Part shown: in pieces, positions 54,279-64,000 of the stretch
Position numbering within the stretch: position 1 is the first letter of the stretch
Layout of the letters: each line of letters begins with the position of its first letter
NCBI GenBank assembly: GCA_000320545.1
Contig: ADNK01000778.1
Coordinates: 1 to 64,000, forward strand
Source: Bigelowiella natans CCMP2755
Lineage: Eukaryota; Protista; Cercozoa
DNA length: 64,000 nt
Direction of reading: 5' to 3'
Program-made: the position numbers and the translations under genes
Notes under the pieces: generated by a model
Told to the model about the DNA's origin: nothing
What the model saw: the letters and a program-made list of their open reading frames with translations, nothing else
Database searches by the model: none

Positions 54279-55374
54279 GAAAAACCATAAATTTAAAATG
54301 AATTTATCATCTCCCTCAAAGGTTATTGCGCGAATAATCGCTATCACCCGTCGCTTATTCCAACAACATCCCAGCTGCACTACTACAGCTCATTCTTCCC
54401 ATCCTTCTCCAACGCTTCACAGCATCATCATCATCATCATCATCACACCTTGGCAGGAAGAGACTCCGATTTGGACACCCAGTGTATGGTCCCCTTGACT
54501 TTTCTTTGCGTTTGTGTCGCGCTGCCGGATTTCGTATCAGGATCGTACGTGCATTTCAGCTCCACTACCTCCTTCGTCTCGGGGTCTGTTATCACTTCTT
54601 CGCACTTGATGATGTATCCGTATCGAAGCCGCACCTCTCCGCCTGGCTTTAACCGGAAGAACTTCTTGGGGGGGTCCACCTGCCAGAGTAGTAGTAGTAG
54701 TAGCAGCAGCAGCAGCAGCAGTAGCAGTAACGGATGCGCGCACGCGTGGGGGGGGGATGAGGAGGTGGAATTAGTTTATCTGCATAGTTGTAGTAGTATT
54801 GTGTGCGTATGGCTTTGAAAGCAATATGAGGCCTTCGGTGTATCTGGTGTGCTGCATGAATACGATGAGGAGTCAGCAGTGTAGTTGGTGTGTGTGAGAA
54901 TAGCAACCATGAAGTCGTCCTTCTCGATGTAGATCTCACGAGTCAGCGGAATGGTACGTGTTCTACGAAGAAGTGGTATGCAAGTAAGAGGACATTAGCA
55001 GGAGCACCACCGCCATCACATCATTCCCTCTCGACTCTACACCTCAATTGAAATGATCTTACTTTGCGCCAACTACTACTACTATTACTACCACTACTAT
55101 TACTCCTCTTGGCGCGGCTAGCTACAACGAATTAACCTGTTGATCTCTGTCTTCGAGGTCTCTAGGGTATCAGGGAAGAGGGGAGCTTGAAGGTTCTCCA
55201 CCTGATTAGCAACAAGATCGATGATGTTCATAACCGAGTGAGGAGTAGAGAGCGAAACATCAACATTCGTAGCGCAGATAAGCGTAATAAAAATGAGCGC
55301 ATCCTTAATCTCAAAGCACTGAAAACGAAGCCTTGAGGCGATAACCATTTCACAGGCAGCAGCAGCAGCGGGAG

Positions 55375-55405
<31 letters not shown>

Positions 55406-55446
55406 AGCAACATTTTACCAAGCCATACTTGCTTCTTCGTCATCAT

Positions 55447-55484
<38 letters not shown>

Positions 55485-55970
55485 TTATCATCGTTTTACA
55501 TCGCCACTAGCCGCTACTACTACTACTGCCACTATCATCATCATCACCGCTACCACCATTACCTTGTCCTCCGGCCAATTTGTGATTGTAATTTTAAGGG
55601 GATCAAATACCTATTATTATCAATAACAATATTAGTAATTTCATATGTTGGAGGGGAGGGATGATGCGTGTGACAAATAAATAATGGAGGATCATTACTG
55701 TTGATGTTGTTTTTGTTATTGTTTGACACAAAGAGGGCGAAGAATTTTTGTGTCAATCATGATCAACGCAGCTACTATTTTCCCAAAAGCCAAAACTTCT
55801 ACTACTTCAACTATCATCATCATCTTCGCTATAATAGTATCTGACCGCCATGACTCTCGGCGCTGCTTCGTTGAGTTCATCACGAATGGCAGATTCCAAC
55901 ATCGCCAGCTAGCAACACAAACCAGTAGCACCGTTATCGTCGACATCGCCACAACGAAAAGAGGAAGAGA

Positions 55971-56013
<43 letters not shown>

Positions 56014-56028
56014 AATGAGGGTTAAGAT

Positions 56029-56068
<40 letters not shown>

Positions 56069-58341
56069 TTGAGGCAACACTATCGTCATCATCACCATTA
56101 CTATTATAAGGCTATAATAATCGATCAAGCAAACATACCTCCACTCTGCTCTCGGCCCTGGCCACACCCACCATCTTGCAGAATCGTCGTATGGCTGAGG
56201 GGGGGATGCCTCTCCTTCTAATGCCAGCAATTGTAGGCATACGAGGATCGTCCCATCCGCTCACCTTCATAATAATGAAAGTATTAGTAGTAGTATTAGT
56301 AGTAGTAGTGGTCGTCGCCGTACCCGATTATTAATCGAAAGAAGGGAAGAAGGGAGGAGGAAGAAGAACAGGAGGACAAGGGATCAATCAACTGTTTTCG
56401 CGCAACTAAAGCTATGTGAATCTAATAATGAGCCATTTTTTTTAACATCTCTCTTATGAAGCAGTTTGAGTTCTTCTTCTTCCTCCTCTTCCTCCTCACT
56501 CTTCTCTTGCTGCTGTCTGTCTTCCCCTCCCCCCCTTCACTATTCAGTTACCTTATTCTCGTTGACAAGTTGGAGTAGCTTGCGCTTGGAAGTCAGGGTA
56601 TGGTCAAGGTTGAGCCTGAGAGGAAAGGGAACAAAGGAGCTCTGGTGTGAGCTCAATAATAGTCTCTGACAGCACCCACCACCACCACCACCAGTCCCAC
56701 AATTCTTCATCACAATTTACACGTAATTACCTTCCCATCTCATACTGGTGCGGGCGGGGGCTTGGATATAGCTTATCAACCAGCCTGATGGTGTATATAT
56801 TTATATAAATAATATATATATTTATTTATAATTCCGTGTTTGTTTGTCCGCAAAGCAGCAGCAGCTTGTGGCTGTCTTCGCTATTGTTGTTGTTGTTGTT
56901 GCTCATGAAAATCATCTTCCGTGGCTCTCCACCCACCAGTCGTAAAGCGGCCTGTGTACGTCAAACTCGAGCGTGCATATCGAATGAGTAATGTCCTAAT
57001 TAAGGAATGAAGATGATGATGAGGAGGATGATGATGATGAAGATGATGATGATGATAATGATGAGGATGATGGCATCAGTGATGTGGAGAAGAAATACAT
57101 TATCGTTCCCATAGTACTACTCACTACTACTACTACTACTACTACTACTACCTCGATCGCATCGGAGAGGGGGTGAGCGAAGTCGTACATTGGGTAAATG
57201 CACCAATTGCTCCCTGTTCTATGGTGTCCCGGAGATTTCTTAATGCCTGCAAACCAGCAGCAGCAGCAGCAGACAATTGAACTGCAGTGAGTGTACATTA
57301 GTTACTTCTCTTCCCCTCCTTCCTTATCCCCCACCCCAATTCTCTCCCCCCTTTCCCGCTGCGGTTCTGTAGTTGTTTTCGACTACTAACTGGAAGTACT
57401 ACTCACGGTAGATGAGTGGGTCGCGAAGCAGCATGTTGGGACTCGCCATGTCGATCTTGGCTCTCAGCACTGATTATTATCACCATCATGAGTGGGAACG
57501 ATTGCATTTTTGTAAGATGTTGATGGCTTAGATATCCAATTAGGTGCTTTTGTATTATTGTCTGTGATTATTCATGCGGTCGTCCATCATCATCATCATC
57601 ATCATCACCATCATCATAGCACATTTTGGAAGGCATGACGACGGGTTACCAGCGCCACCCTCTGCAAAGTCGCCGTTCTTCATCTTTTCGAAAAGCTCGA
57701 GGTTCTCGTCCACGGAACGTTCGCGGAAGGGTGAGGGAGTGCCTGCGGAACAAGGAAAATGTTACCTGCGCTAGTTGTGCTAACAAACACGATACGAGGA
57801 GTACAAACAAGCTTACTTTTCTCATAAATTACATAAGCCCCCCCCACCCAACCTGCCCCCCTGGTTTTGTTCTTCGTTTCCAAACTTCGTACTCACAACA
57901 CCTGGCGACTTGATTGTCCCGCGCATCTCTCGGATCTGCCCGAAATGGCCATCATCACCACAAGGATCACGAAAACAACCAGGTAGGAAGGAATAGCAAT
58001 GAACGAACAAACCATGCATTAGAAGAAGAAGAACACAATTGACTCTTTTCTTCGTTGCAGGGGATTGGTGTGGTGGTAAGCACCTCAGCTTCGGTCGAGG
58101 TATCTACGTAAGCGTCGCCTTGTTTGATCAATGTAACAGCGTGTTGATAGAGCCTAATAGAGTTGGAACATTCGTAAGGAGGAGAGGAGATAGAATAAGA
58201 ATCGTGGAAATACAAAACACAACATCCCCCATTCCCCCTCCACCCCCCCCCCATCTCTTTTCAAAATCAAGCTGCCTCGATTCAGTATTACTTCTCGAAG
58301 TAGTCAGACGTGTAAAGGATCGAATTCGGGGTGAATCTGGA

Positions 58342-58379
<38 letters not shown>

Positions 58380-59909
58380 GATATCAACGGAAGATTTTTC
58401 ATAAATCAACAGCATTTATTGAAAAAGGAGGAGAATTTTGTGGTCCTGCATCATGGCTTGAGATCATGTTAAGGTAAATATTCTAACATTTCGAATCATA
58501 ATTTTCAAGCAATTGGATGGATACACAGTTGTACACTCACCCGAGCCATTTCACGTCGTTAATGATAGATTGAACATATCTGTACCACATCATCACCACA
58601 TAACAACTCAGTGTTGTCTTCATCCTTGCATTACGTTCACATCATCATTGAAACCAAATACAAGAAAGAGGGAGAAAGAGATAGAGAGAGAGAGAGAGAG
58701 AGTGTGTGTAGGGAGAAAGAGGCAGAGAGAAGGTTTTGGCTGTGACGACGGATGATGCCGTTGTTAATATTTGATTTAAGTCTCACTCTGTGTCCTCCGT
58801 TGAAGGATTTGTATCGTCAAATCGTAAATTGCAGCTTCCCTAGAGGAGGAAGAAGATCGAGAGAGAGGGAGCAGAGAGAAAGAACGATCATTGATAACAT
58901 TGCAACGAAGGAAAACGTAGAGCTGCATCCACACGAAGGATTTTACTATCAGCAAGAAGTGAAAAAGTGAGTAGGTACCTTATATTCTTCTGCGAGACCA
59001 AAGTTGAGGCAAATGGACTTAGCATGGCCTGTCGAGTATGAATGAGAAAACACACAGTCAGGGATAATGATGATGATGATGATGAGTATATCGCTTCCCA
59101 AAGGAAGTAAGGGAAAGGAAAGACAGATATTTTATGACCAATGTGCAAATATCCGTTTGGTTCTGGGGGGAATCGTGTCGCGACCCTGCCATTCGTTACG
59201 CCCTGCAGAAACATCATCATTCTCACCATCTCGATGATGTGTTGTCATGGTCCATCAGACACACGCTGCGAATCTTACCGTCTTCAAATCATCCTCGATG
59301 ATCGCTTTGATGAAGTTTGAGACTTCAGCTTTTTCCTCTTCTATGTGGGTAATGATCGGAATTAAGGAGGACAAACGCCGATGAAGTGCTCCTTCTCTCT
59401 CTGCCTCTCGCGCTCCAACATACCTTTTACATCCATAGCACGTGTCTGTAGGCCTGCTGTCATCGTGTTTGACATAGACGATAGACCACCCCGTGGAACT
59501 CTAGAACAAACAATATACCAGATCAATCTAAATCCATACAGTTAATGAGAGGCAAGAAGAAAGATCACTCTGACGAGCAATCTTCAACGAAGAGTGTGTG
59601 TTTACTATCCATCTACCTCCATAGCCATGCGGAGTTGCCGCCATAACGCCTAATACCACCGATCTTGGCTAAGCGGCTTGATTTTGTAAGCCCTTCTCGT
59701 GTGGCTAGGGCCCCAGTGCGGAGAAGGGTGTGCATCGTCGTCGTCGTCGTCGTCGTCGTCTCTGGGAAAAGGATACGACTCGCTAAGAACACAATTGTCC
59801 CTGCTAGTACCAACCACACAACTCCTCCAAGAAGTGACGCTTTGATGCTTCTTGTTTTACTACGTCGAGAGAGGAGGGGGCTGTAGGGGACGTGGCTGCT
59901 ATCCAACAT
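50565..59909 (-). CDS. glnS: Glutaminyl-tRNA synthetase (bacterial-type core) with bipartite leader and C-terminal EMAP-II/Trbp111 tRNA-binding domain
   Basis: [119 protein letters not shown]; then in frame [28 protein letters not shown] ... RTIVSGL ... [25 protein letters not shown]. Confidence 0.95.
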
Positions 59910-60292
59910 GTGGAAGCAAGGAAATAGCAGAGGGGGGGAGTGGCCAGTGTTGATTCCACGAGCCACGCGAATTTGCTTCCATATGCCTCCATAAGTCCTT
60001 GTCGAAGGTGAAAAATATCCTTCTTTTTGACACATCACGATGGGTTTGACCAGATTTCTACATGAATTATTCACCGAAGACATGAAATTACGAAAGTCGC
60101 ATGTCTGAGATCTGTTAAAATATTGATAGACTATTCTACATTATACACATTTCCATATTTGGAGTGTCATTGAGCTGTTACCGAAAAGCTGCCGTTCGGT
60201 GCCTTCCAATCCTGAGGAGCGAAAAAGTACATTTAGACCAAAATATATCGAATATTTTTCATTAAATTTACTTTCAAAACAGTGTGGAAAGC

Positions 60293-64000
<3,708 letters not shown>

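Overview
Gene-dense, intron-rich and microsatellite-rich eukaryotic nuclear DNA. Several N-terminal signal-plus-transit-like leaders and two cilium-type genes suggest a flagellated alga with a complex plastid, possibly a chlorarachniophyte (inference). Manual exon stitching supports 13 spliced genes: GT77-like glycosyltransferase (-), PKD1-motif membrane protein (+), SLC35A-like nucleotide-sugar transporter (-), bacterial-type PARG (+), DUF676 hydrolase (-), tandem SpoVS-domain protein (-), TOGARAM1/crescerin (+), RNF32 (-), DUF1997 (+), TPMT (-), PAF-AH-Ib-like SGNH hydrolase (+), bacterial-type GlnRS with a C-terminal EMAP-II/Trbp111 domain (-), and ArgRS (+, truncated). The genes form head-to-head pairs with one exception. 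At that exception lies an ~815-bp island (14214-15028) almost free of TpA: 9 sites by hand count, 8 of them CTAG, with CpG intact and TG/CA abundant. This is the pattern expected from localized, context-specific A-to-G hypermutation on both strands, a kind of inverse RIP. No tRNA, rRNA, CRISPR array or recognisable transposase was seen. Gene boundaries come from manual splicing, and 5' ends are the least certain.
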